A DNA stretch of 64,000 bases, taken from Gemmatimonadota bacterium (GTDB taxonomy: Bacteria > Gemmatimonadota > Gemmatimonadetes > Gemmatimonadales > GWC2-71-9). Both the position numbers and the translations under genes were made by a program. Where the stretch lies: the NCBI GenBank assembly GCA_039586815.1, contig JBDHJR010000007.1, forward strand, positions 1,844 to 65,843, written 5' to 3'. This document shows positions 36,157 through 43,955 of this stretch, piece by piece; position 1 is the first letter of the stretch, and the number at the start of each line of letters is the position of its first letter. Under the pieces are notes generated by a model that worked only from the letters and a program-made list of their open reading frames with translations, searched no databases and was not told the origin of the DNA.

Positions 36157-36699
36157 CTAGATCATCCCCACGTACCGCTCTCGCAACACCTGCGCATGAT
36201 GCCGCTCGTGCCCGGCCAGGATGTAAGGCACCGAGCGCACCGTGAACGCCATCTCATTGGCCACCCCGGAGCGCTGCGCGAGCTCCGAGTTCAACGAGCG
36301 GAAGAACGTGAGGCTCGCGGCCCTCACGCTGCGGAACTCGTCCAGCACGTCGCCGAACGGGCGCTCGTCGAAGTTGGCGCCCGCCACGAAATCGTTCTCC
36401 TCGAACCCCGGCAGGGCGGTGGCGTCGTTCCGGCTGAAACGGAGCGCCCGATAGGTGAACACCCGCTCCGTATCGCTCAGGTGCCCGATCACCTGCTTCA
36501 CGCTCCACTTCTCGGGAGCGTAGCGAAACAGGGCCTGTTCCTCGCTCAGCCCCGACACCGACGCCAGCGTCTCGCCACACTGCCGCTCGAGCAGCTCAAG
36601 GACATCTTCCTCGGGCACCAAGCTCGTATAGCGGCGGAAGTATTCCGGATATTCGGACGGTTCGGGTCTGGCGATCTGCGGGACTGCCATCTGCGGCAT
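36157..36699 (-). CDS. DinB-family (four-helix-bundle metalloprotein) protein
   Basis: …YAPEKWSVKQVIGHLSDTERVFTYRALRF…LAGHERHHAQVLRERY… shows the DinB/YfiT-type His triad spacing. I chose the ATG at 36699; the track ORF starts at 36801. Confidence 0.7.
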   Translation of the reverse strand: MPQMAVPQIARPEPSEYPEYFRRYTSLVPEEDVLELLERQCGETLASVSGLSEEQALFRYAPEKWSVKQVIGHLSDTERVFTYRALRFSRNDATALPGFEENDFVAGANFDERPFGDVLDEFRSVRAASLTFFRSLNSELAQRSGVANEMAFTVRSVPYILAGHERHHAQVLRERYVGMI

Positions 36700-36839
36700 G
36701 CTCCAGGTGGATTGGGACCTTGAAATGAAACGCCGGGCGCGTGACGGGGCCAGATGGCAAGTGGCCCGACCACACGCGCCGCCAAACCTGCCAGCGGGCA
36801 TGCAGCCGGGCCGGGGGGGTCCTGTCGGGACCCAGCGTC

Positions 36840-37352
36840 TTACGTGAAGACGATCTGGCCCCCTGCTGCCATCTCGTAGAACTCACCCACCGTGATGATG
36901 TCCGTGATGTGCGGTACGAAGTCGTCCTTACTGAGGTCGAACATGTCCACCGACGCCTTGCAGGCGTACATGCCCGCTCCCGTGTCGGCGATCATCTCGA
37001 CGAACTCGGGGATCGGCGGAATGTCCAGCTCCTCCATCTTCTTCTGCATCATCTTGGTGACCATGGCGGACATTCCGGGGAAGCCGCCCAGCCAGGTCGC
37101 CATGTGGAGGCCGGGGTTCCCCACGGTCGCCACCTTGATCCGCTCTTGCTTCTTCTTCGTGATGGCGTCCATCCCGAAGAAGGTGAAGAACACGTTCGCC
37201 TCGATCCCTTCCATCCGGGCGCCGTTGGCCATGATGAGGCCGGGGTACACACCCTCGAGCGAGCCCTTCGAGATGATGATCGAGACCTTCTTGATCGTCT
37301 CCGGCACGGCCACGTCCGCCGTGGCCTGCTCGGGCATTGTTGCATTCGTCAT
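36840..37352 (-). CDS. DsrE/DsrF-like sulfur-relay family protein
   Basis: …KVSIIISKGSLEGVYPGLIMANGARMEGIEANVFFTFFGMDAI… and …GAGMYACKASVDMFDL… carry the conserved DsrE-type Cys. I chose the ATG at 37352; the upstream extension is Arg/Gly-rich with no support. Confidence 0.75.
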   Translation of the reverse strand: MTNATMPEQATADVAVPETIKKVSIIISKGSLEGVYPGLIMANGARMEGIEANVFFTFFGMDAITKKKQERIKVATVGNPGLHMATWLGGFPGMSAMVTKMMQKKMEELDIPPIPEFVEMIADTGAGMYACKASVDMFDLSKDDFVPHITDIITVGEFYEMAAGGQIVFT

Positions 37353-37381
37353 GGTCGCGTTCCCTCTCTTTGACTCGCCGA

Positions 37382-37696
37382 TCAGATGCAGCCGCGAGGC
37401 TTGGGAATCCCGCCGATCTTGGCGGCCAGCTTCGCGGGTCCCTTGGGGAAGAGCTTGTACAACTCCTTGATCGGCACGCCCGACTCCTTGCCCAGCGCGC
37501 GGATGGAGGGGGCGTTGCCCGTCTCCAGGTACTGGTTGCGCATGAACTCCACGACCTGCCAATGCCGGTCGGTCATCTCGGCGATGCCGGAGTCACGCGC
37601 GATTTCCTGCCCGACGTCCCTGCTCCACTGCTCCGGCTTCTGCATGAAGCCCTCTGCGTCTACTTCGATCGTCAGCCCTGCAATCGTTGCCGTCAT
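37382..37696 (-). CDS. TusE/DsrC/DsvC-family sulfur carrier (single C-terminal Cys, TusE-like)
   Basis: 104 aa. …EVDAEGFMQKPEQWSRDVGQEIA…EMTDRHWQVVEFMRNQYLETGNAPSIRAL…KELYKLFPKGPAKLAAKIGGIPKPRGCI. The C-terminal arm has the penultimate Cys but not the second Cys found 10 residues upstream in DsrC. Confidence 0.8.
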   Translation of the reverse strand: MTATIAGLTIEVDAEGFMQKPEQWSRDVGQEIARDSGIAEMTDRHWQVVEFMRNQYLETGNAPSIRALGKESGVPIKELYKLFPKGPAKLAAKIGGIPKPRGCI

Positions 37697-37715
37697 GGTG
37701 TTTCCCCCCTATGGC

Positions 37716-39050
37716 TCAAGCGACTCTCGCGGAGTCGTCCTCAGTTACCATCGAGTTGCGCGCCCCTCCCTGCACCGCGTGACGCTCCGGCGGGGGAAGG
37801 TCAACCCGTTGCTTGCCGCGCAGCGACATGCGCGCGGGCACACCGGGCATGTTCCGCCCGGGAAGCAGCATGTGCCAGTACACCCAGCGGAACCACATCT
37901 TGCCGATGTGGTTCATGCGCGTCTCCTTCAGCAGGGAGAGCGGGCCTACACCGGCGAACGGGAACTTCCCGGGCAGCGGCTGGATGTCGTAGTTGAAGTC
38001 GATGAGCACGGCCTTGTTGAAGCCGGTCTCGATGAAGCAGTTGGCGTGGCCGTCGAACCCCTCCTCGAGCGGCTCCGACGCCAGGTACCGCCGGATGTTC
38101 TCCTCCAGCACCTCGGCCTCGAAGTGCGCCACCGATCCCGCCTTGGAGGTCGGGAGGTTGGTGGCGTCTCCCAGCGCAAAGATGTTCTCCTTCACCTTCG
38201 CCTGGAGCGTGGCCTGGTCGGTGAAGATGAAGTTCATGTCGTCGCCGAGGCCGGGTGAGCGGCTGACGAAGTCAGCGCCCATGTGGAGCGGGATGCTTAC
38301 CAGCAAGTCGAAGCCCTCGACCCGCTCGTCCCACGACTTCAGCTCGCCCTTCTCCCCATCGACCTCACCGGCGTTGAAATCGGTGATGAGCTCGATTCCC
38401 TTCTTCTCCAGCAGATCCCCCAGCGCCTTGGCGGCTAGCGGCCGGGTGAACGCTCCATCCAGCGGCGTGGCCAGCGCGATCTCGACCTTGTCGCGCATGC
38501 CCTTCTCCTGGAAGTACCAGTCGGCCAGGAACACGAACTCCAGTGGCGCGATGGGGCACTTGATGGGCATCTCCACGATGTTCACGACCAGACGCCCGCC
38601 CTCCCACCGCTCGAGCGCCTGGTGCAGCTTGGTTGCGCCATCGAGTGTGTAGAACTCGTGCATCGTGTCGCCCCACCCGGCTCCGGTCAGCCCTTCCGTC
38701 TCCTGGGGGGCAATGCCCGTGCCGCTGGCCACGATGAGTACGTCGTAGTCGAGCGTCTTGCCGCCCTCCAGGTAGACGCGGTCCTCCTCGGGCTCGACTC
38801 TATCGATGGCCGCCTGGACGTACTCCACACCCTTCCCGACCTGGGGGCGGCGCGGCTTGACCGTGTCTTCCGGTGTGTAGATCCCGAAGGGAACGAACAG
38901 CAGACCGGGCTGGTAGACGTGCTGATTGTCCTGATCGACAATCGCAATCTGCAGCTCGCCGGACCTGTAGTCGGACCCGTACAGTTTGCGCAAACGGTTG
39001 GCCATGATGGTGCCGGCCGTACCTGCGCCCAGGATCACGATGCGCTTCAT
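37716..39050 (-). CDS. sqr: Sulfide:quinone oxidoreductase-like flavoprotein (FAD-dependent pyridine nucleotide-disulfide oxidoreductase)
   Basis: MKRIVILGAGTAGTIMANRL (FAD GxGxxG motif), …QHVYQPGLLFVPFG…, …YDVLIVASG…, …IFALGDATNLPTSKAGSVAHFEA…. Its position next to DsrE and TusE/DsrC-like genes supports a sulfide-oxidation role. I chose the ATG at 39050. Confidence 0.75.
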   Translation of the reverse strand: MKRIVILGAGTAGTIMANRLRKLYGSDYRSGELQIAIVDQDNQHVYQPGLLFVPFGIYTPEDTVKPRRPQVGKGVEYVQAAIDRVEPEEDRVYLEGGKTLDYDVLIVASGTGIAPQETEGLTGAGWGDTMHEFYTLDGATKLHQALERWEGGRLVVNIVEMPIKCPIAPLEFVFLADWYFQEKGMRDKVEIALATPLDGAFTRPLAAKALGDLLEKKGIELITDFNAGEVDGEKGELKSWDERVEGFDLLVSIPLHMGADFVSRSPGLGDDMNFIFTDQATLQAKVKENIFALGDATNLPTSKAGSVAHFEAEVLEENIRRYLASEPLEEGFDGHANCFIETGFNKAVLIDFNYDIQPLPGKFPFAGVGPLSLLKETRMNHIGKMWFRWVYWHMLLPGRNMPGVPARMSLRGKQRVDLPPPERHAVQGGARNSMVTEDDSARVA

Positions 39051-39249
39051 GGGTTTCCCCCCCTTGTCCTCGTGTATCCCAGCTCCGGGGCGCGGCGCTC
39101 GGGCCGCGGGCCGCCGGTTTCCTTGCATCACCCAGGCGTAAGAATATAACATATCTATATGGCTATTATCAAATTACAATGAAGGGCCCTTCAGATTACC
39201 CGCTATAGGGATAATGTGTTATCGAGCAACGACTTAGCCATCCTGCCGC
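39051..39249 (-). promoter_or_regulatory. AT-rich leader/promoter region upstream of the SQR sulfur operon
   Basis: It contains a ~70-nt stretch that is strikingly AT-rich for this genome (…AAGAATATAACATATCTATATGGCTATTATCAAATTACAATGAAGG…, ~39141-39186). Exact promoter elements are not assigned. Confidence 0.35.
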
Positions 39250-39918
39250 CTACACGAACGTGGTGATCTCCTCCAGCCGCTTGCGGGAGATGTCGGGGAC
39301 GACCGCATCTTCCGCGGGGTAGCCCACGACTAGCAGCAGGAACGGGCGCTCGTTGGCGGGACGCCCCAGCACCTCGTTGAGGAAGCCCATGGGGCTCGGG
39401 GTGTGGGTGAGGGTCGCCAGGCCCGCGTGATGCAGTGCCGTGATGAGTAGCCCGGTCGCCAGCCCGACCGACTCGGTCACGTAGTAGTTCTGCATGCGCC
39501 TCCCGTCGGGAGCCACTCCGTAGCGTTCCGCGAATACGGCAATGAGGTAGGGCGCGGTCTCGAGGAAGGGCTTGTTCTCGTCGGTTCCGAGGGGGGCCAG
39601 CGCTTCGAGCCAGTCACTCGGCGCCCGGTGGCGGTAGAACTCTCGTTCCTCCTGCTCAGCACCCTCGCGGATGCCGCGCTTGATCTCGGGGTCCGCCACG
39701 ACCACGAAATGCCACGGCTGCCGGTTGGCACCGCTCGGTGCGGTGCCGGCGGCACGCAGGCAGTCCTCTATTACGGCGCGTGGGACCGGTCGGTCCGAGT
39801 AGTGCCGCACCGTGCGGCGGCGGCGCACTTCCGCGTAGAACTCGGAAGCACGCCGCTCCATCTCCGCCACCGGGTACTCCCGATAGGCGGGCAGGGAAAC
39901 AAAGTGGGGCTCCGTCAT
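39250..39918 (-). CDS. Nitroreductase-family flavoprotein (iodotyrosine-dehalogenase-like subgroup)
   Basis: …[43 protein letters not shown]…, …[31 protein letters not shown]…. Confidence 0.8.
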   Translation of the reverse strand: MTEPHFVSLPAYREYPVAEMERRASEFYAEVRRRRTVRHYSDRPVPRAVIEDCLRAAGTAPSGANRQPWHFVVVADPEIKRGIREGAEQEEREFYRHRAPSDWLEALAPLGTDENKPFLETAPYLIAVFAERYGVAPDGRRMQNYYVTESVGLATGLLITALHHAGLATLTHTPSPMGFLNEVLGRPANERPFLLLVVGYPAEDAVVPDISRKRLEEITTFV

Positions 39919-40397
39919 GCCCGCTTGGCCGAGCGAATCACGACGGGCTCGAGCGGCACGTCCTGGTGGCCGCCCTTACCGCCCGTGGGGACCCCCACGA
40001 TGTCGTCCACCACATCCATTCCGTCGGCCACCTTACCGAACACCGCGTAGCCGAAGTCACGCCCCCCGTGATCGAGGAAGGCGTTGTCGGCCACGTTGAT
40101 AAAGAACTGGGAGGTGGCGCTGTGGATGTCGGAGGTGCGCGCCATGGCCAGGGTGCCGCGCTCGTTCTTCAGCCCGTTGTCCGCCTCGTTCTTGATCGGA
40201 TCCCGGGTGGGCTTCTGCTGCATGTCCTCGGTGAAGCCGCCGCCCTGGACCATGAACCCCGGGATCACCCGGTGGAAGATGGTGCCGTCGAAGTGGCCTT
40301 CATCCACGTACGCCAGGAAGTTCTCCACGGAAGCGGGGGCCTGCTCCACGAAGAGTTCGATGCTGACGTTCCCCTTGGTCGTCTCCAATACGACCAT
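39915..40397 (-). CDS. ppiB: Peptidyl-prolyl cis-trans isomerase, cyclophilin type
   Basis: …[20 protein letters not shown]…NE…[10 protein letters not shown]…..[15 protein letters not shown]…YAVFGKV..GMDVVD.I…. Confidence 0.9.
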   Translation of the reverse strand: MVVLETTKGNVSIELFVEQAPASVENFLAYVDEGHFDGTIFHRVIPGFMVQGGGFTEDMQQKPTRDPIKNEADNGLKNERGTLAMARTSDIHSATSQFFINVADNAFLDHGGRDFGYAVFGKVADGMDVVDDIVGVPTGGKGGHQDVPLEPVVIRSAKRA

Positions 40398-40418
40398 CGG
40401 CTCCTCCAGTGTGAATGG

Positions 40419-40742
40419 TCAGATTGTGGGGGGCCGCCACGCGAAGCGCGACAGTGCGACCCGCTGCCGGCCGTCGAAGCATATGCCCTCGGCTTCGAGA
40501 AGTGAACGCTGCACTCCTTCCCACCCCGGCTCCGCGCGGCGGCTGATCTCGCCGCGGGCATTGATCACGCGGTGCCACGGAACGTCGGAGCCGTCGGGGA
40601 GGGCGTGCAGCGCGTATCCCACCTGGCGGGCGTGTCCGGGCAGACCCGCCAGCTGCGCCACCTGGCCGTAGGTGGCTACCCGACCCCGCGGCACCCGCCG
40701 CACCACACGGTAGATGCGCTCGTACGTGTCAGCGCGACACAT
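40419..40742 (-). CDS. MGMT-family DNA-binding protein, alkyltransferase-like (ATL; no acceptor Cys)
   Basis: …VPRGRVATYGQVAQLAG.PG.ARQVG.AL…..VPWHRVIN..G.IS. The PCHRV active-site Cys is replaced by Trp (PWHRV), as in ATL proteins. Confidence 0.75.
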   Translation of the reverse strand: MCRADTYERIYRVVRRVPRGRVATYGQVAQLAGLPGHARQVGYALHALPDGSDVPWHRVINARGEISRRAEPGWEGVQRSLLEAEGICFDGRQRVALSRFAWRPPTI

Positions 40743-40819
40743 CCGGAAGCCCCTAAACGAAGCGGCCCCCGGGTCGCGGTGACCCAGGGACCGTTACGCC
40801 TCGAATTCCGTACCGTCCG

Positions 40820-41215
40820 TCAGCCGGTGTGGCACAGGGTGCAGTACTTCACATCCCTGCCCTCGTGGCTGGCCGGAGCGTCGGGAATGGCCTCCATGGC
40901 ACCGGGCGTGTGGCACATCATGCACTGCTCCCTGCCCTGCACGCCGTGGGAGACCGCCTTCGGGCTCATCGTCTGCATCGGCGAGTCTGTCGCGTGGCAC
41001 CACATGCACGTCTCGATGCCCCGTCCCTCGTGGGTCGCGGGCGCATCGGGCACCGCCTCCATGGCACCAGCGGTGTGGCACATCAGGCAGTTGTCCCGCC
41101 CCTGCACGTCGTGGCTCACCGGTGGCGGCATCGTCTCCTGCCCGAACGCCGGCACCGCAAGCACGCTGGCCACTAGCAACACACCCATGGCACTCGCGAA
41201 TCTCGCATGGCTCAT
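40820..41215 (-). CDS. Tetraheme c-type cytochrome built from an internal tandem duplication
   Basis: Signal MSHARFASAMGVLLVASVLAVPAFGQ. Two ~50-aa repeats: VSHDVQGRDNCLMCHTAGAMEAVPDAPATHEGRGIETCMWCH and VSHGVQGREQCMMCHTPGAMEAIPDAPASHEGRDVKYCTLCH. That gives 4 CxxCH motifs. Confidence 0.8.
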   Translation of the reverse strand: MSHARFASAMGVLLVASVLAVPAFGQETMPPPVSHDVQGRDNCLMCHTAGAMEAVPDAPATHEGRGIETCMWCHATDSPMQTMSPKAVSHGVQGREQCMMCHTPGAMEAIPDAPASHEGRDVKYCTLCHTG

Positions 41216-41244
41216 GAATCCCCTCCCCTGTTGATGTCAGCCAA

Positions 41245-41265
41245 AGGGCGGCCCCCCGCCGCCCT
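41245..41265 (-). terminator. Short GC stem-loop after the dodecaheme gene
   Basis: AGGGCGGC-CCCCC-GCCGCCCT (8-bp stem). It lies in the 108-nt gap before the tetraheme gene and has no U-tract. Confidence 0.3.
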
Positions 41266-41323
41266 CGGACAGATACTTCCCTGCTGTCTTATACACCGCC
41301 AAGCCGCGGCGGTCCACCCACGG

Positions 41324-42277
41324 CTACGGTGATCCCGGAATGGACGTCCCGTGACACACCGTGCACGCCTGCGGGTTGCTCTTCCGCAGACTCTCCGCGT
41401 TGAAGTTGGGCCCGTGTGGACTGACGCCCCGGTGGCAACTGATGCAGGAGCTCTCGGTGTGGCACGCCACACAGCTCTCGAGGCTCTGCCGCGCGGCTTG
41501 TCCATGACCCGCGCCGAAGCCCTGCTGGCCGTCGTGATATCCCGTGCCCTGAATGTTGTCGACAGTGAGCCGGGCCGTCTGGTGACAGTCCTGGCAGAAC
41601 TGCCCTGGATTGTGGCACGAGCTGCACTCGGCGAGCTGGGAATACGCCTCCGCCGGGTGCGCCGACAAGTAGTCGGCCTGGTGGTACCCCGGCGCGGGAT
41701 CCGCGGCCCCGGGCCGATGGCACGACAGGCAATCGGAGCGCACGTGGCAGTTGGCACACGTCTCCGGAGCCGATGTGGCCGGTCCGCGGTGCTCCTCGAC
41801 CCAGGCACCTATGTGGGACGCCGGCTGCGGCGCCTGCGCGTGGCACAGGCTGCAGGGCGACTCCGGCGCGGACTGGTGCGGCGCTTCGATGCCGTGGCAA
41901 CTGAGACAGTTGTCCACTACCGCGCGCTCGACCGCCATCGCGGGGGCGCCCGCCGCCTGGTGGCACGAAGCGCAGTCGATCGGCGGGTGCGTCTCGTGGC
42001 TGAAGTTGTCCGCTGCATAGGCGCCCGCCGTCGGCGGCTGGTACTCTACCACGGGCTGAATCTGCCCGTTGTGGCAGCCGGCACAGAAGGAGGCATCCGG
42101 GTAGACGGCTCCCTCACCGGCCACGCCGGAGTGACACATGGTGCAAGACGTGAACAGGGCAGCGTGTCGCTCGTGCGGGAATTGCCCTTGGGACCCTGGC
42201 TCCGGAGCCGGCGCCGGACCCGTTCCCGCAGCGGCGGCGATGACCACCCCCGCGGCCAGCGTCATCATGGTCTTCAT
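41324..42277 (-). CDS. Dodecaheme c-type cytochrome (c7/c3-type polymer, GSU1996-like architecture)
   Basis: ATG at 42277 (MKTMMTLAAGVVIAAAAG…). 12 CxxCH motifs in ~318 aa: CTMCH, CAGCH, CASCH, CLSCH, CSLCH, CANCH, CLSCH, CSSCH, CQDCH, CVACH, CISCH, CTVCH. c7-type leader motif FPHERHAALFTSCTMCH. Its start overlaps the stop of the barrel gene (ATGA at 42274-42277). Confidence 0.85.
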   Translation of the reverse strand: MKTMMTLAAGVVIAAAAGTGPAPAPEPGSQGQFPHERHAALFTSCTMCHSGVAGEGAVYPDASFCAGCHNGQIQPVVEYQPPTAGAYAADNFSHETHPPIDCASCHQAAGAPAMAVERAVVDNCLSCHGIEAPHQSAPESPCSLCHAQAPQPASHIGAWVEEHRGPATSAPETCANCHVRSDCLSCHRPGAADPAPGYHQADYLSAHPAEAYSQLAECSSCHNPGQFCQDCHQTARLTVDNIQGTGYHDGQQGFGAGHGQAARQSLESCVACHTESSCISCHRGVSPHGPNFNAESLRKSNPQACTVCHGTSIPGSP

Positions 42278-43797
42278 TTCGCGCTCCGCGCTTCGGGAAT
42301 CAGGAGGATCGACGGGTGCAGCGTCGGCGCGTCCGGGGTCGAGCCAAAGTAGAGCGTCAGACCCAGGTTGAAGCGCCACTGATCCCACTTGAACGCCGCA
42401 GCGTCGGGCCGCCGACGGTCTTCCGTGTAGTAGCGGGCCTCACCCATCACCCGCACGTCCGGAACCGGCAGGTAGTCGATCCGCAGCGCGCCGTTCCACC
42501 CCTTCACGTCGTTGAAGCGGTACTCCAGCGGCCGCGAGAGGTATCCGCCGTGCCCCGTGATCGTCAGGTTGTCGACCGGCGCCTCCCAGGTGACGCGGAG
42601 GTCGGCGCCGAGCTGCGTCGCGCCCGTTCCCTTCTCGGCCCAGTAGTTGCCGCCGATGCGCCACCGGTCGAACCCCGAGTAGGTGACGCCGAACAGGCCG
42701 CGCCACCCGTCGTTGGCGACGGTCCCGAAGCGGTCGGTGGCCTCGGTGTCCTCGTACTTGAAGATCTCACCGACGCCGCGCAGCTCCAGCCCCCTGATCG
42801 GGTACCAGTAGACGTTGCCGAACCCGGCGTTGTAGCCGACCGGGCTGAAGGAATTCCAGATCTGCCACAGCGGGAAGTTGGGGCGATAGCGCCGCCAGCC
42901 CACGTTGGCCCTGATGTTGCGCTTGGGGGTCGTGTACCCCACGGCCACATCAGCCGTCCCGACCACCCTCTGCGCGATGTCCCACTGCACGCCGCCGGTG
43001 ACCGAGAAGCCGCGCGAGGGGTACCAGGCCAAATCGAGGGTCGTCTGCTCGGCGAACAGGTAGTTGGCGGAGGAGGCCGCGTCGATCTCGCGGTGGTACA
43101 GCCAGCGCCCCTCGAACCCCTTGAGACGCCAACCGAGTCCGCCTCCAATCACGTACTGCCGCTGGGACGGCTGGTATTGGTCAAGCGGATTCACGTACTG
43201 GCTGGAAACCAGCACGGGAGTCCCGCGGGCCAACCCCCATCCGCCGTAGCCGAAGACCTCGAGCCTGCGGTCGAGTAGGAAGAGGTTGAGCTTGGCGCCG
43301 TCCACACCGATGTATCCCAGACGGTTGGTCTCGTGGAACCGGCCCAGCACTGCGGTGAGAAGACTGATCTTGTACTCCCCGTAGGCCTCGAGCAGCTGCA
43401 CGTCCGGCTTCACGGCGGGCCACACGTCGGGGTTCGCCAGATCGGTGCCGGCCCGGGCCTTCACGCGGAAGCTCAGGCCCCTGACGCCGAGCCCAAACAG
43501 CGCCGCATCGAGCGTGCTCACCAGCGGCGCACCCTGCCGCGCCGCTCCCTCTTTGTGGTAGTAGCAGGTCGACGTCGTGCCCTCGCCGCACGTCACGGCG
43601 AAGCCGTTCCACTCGTAGCCCCCGGTGGCGCCGGTCGTCACATCGGCGAATGGAACGCTGTCCAGATCCCAGCCCTTGTAGGCGACGGACTGGAACCAGG
43701 TGTCGAGTCGGACCTGGTATCCTTGGGCGAGAACCGGTGCCGTCCAGAAGACCAGTGCTGCGGCGGCAACCATCACGCGGACGAAGGACCGCTTCAT
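42274..43797 (-). CDS. Putative outer-membrane beta-barrel protein (porin partner of the dodecaheme)
   Basis: ATG at 43797. Signal MKRSFVRVMVAAAALVFWTAPVLAQ. It is Cys-free and rich in Gly/Tyr/Trp/Arg, with alternating-hydrophobic strands (…GLSFRVKARAG…, …LDLAWYPSRGFSVTGGVQWD…, …WRFNLGLTLYF…). I rejected the 95-codon 5' extension in the track. Confidence 0.6.
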   Translation of the reverse strand: MKRSFVRVMVAAAALVFWTAPVLAQGYQVRLDTWFQSVAYKGWDLDSVPFADVTTGATGGYEWNGFAVTCGEGTTSTCYYHKEGAARQGAPLVSTLDAALFGLGVRGLSFRVKARAGTDLANPDVWPAVKPDVQLLEAYGEYKISLLTAVLGRFHETNRLGYIGVDGAKLNLFLLDRRLEVFGYGGWGLARGTPVLVSSQYVNPLDQYQPSQRQYVIGGGLGWRLKGFEGRWLYHREIDAASSANYLFAEQTTLDLAWYPSRGFSVTGGVQWDIAQRVVGTADVAVGYTTPKRNIRANVGWRRYRPNFPLWQIWNSFSPVGYNAGFGNVYWYPIRGLELRGVGEIFKYEDTEATDRFGTVANDGWRGLFGVTYSGFDRWRIGGNYWAEKGTGATQLGADLRVTWEAPVDNLTITGHGGYLSRPLEYRFNDVKGWNGALRIDYLPVPDVRVMGEARYYTEDRRRPDAAAFKWDQWRFNLGLTLYFGSTPDAPTLHPSILLIPEARSAK

Positions 43798-43955
43798 ATA
43801 CCCCTCCCCCAACGGACCGTGTGCGACTATAGTAGGGTCCGGCCGGGAACGCGTCCAGCCCCGAACGCTCCTATCCCCTTTGATTTCTCTTAACGTTTCT
43901 TCATCCAACGGTAGGCCGTCCACTCGGGGTGCGTCGGCCTGCCGGGTTGCCGCCT

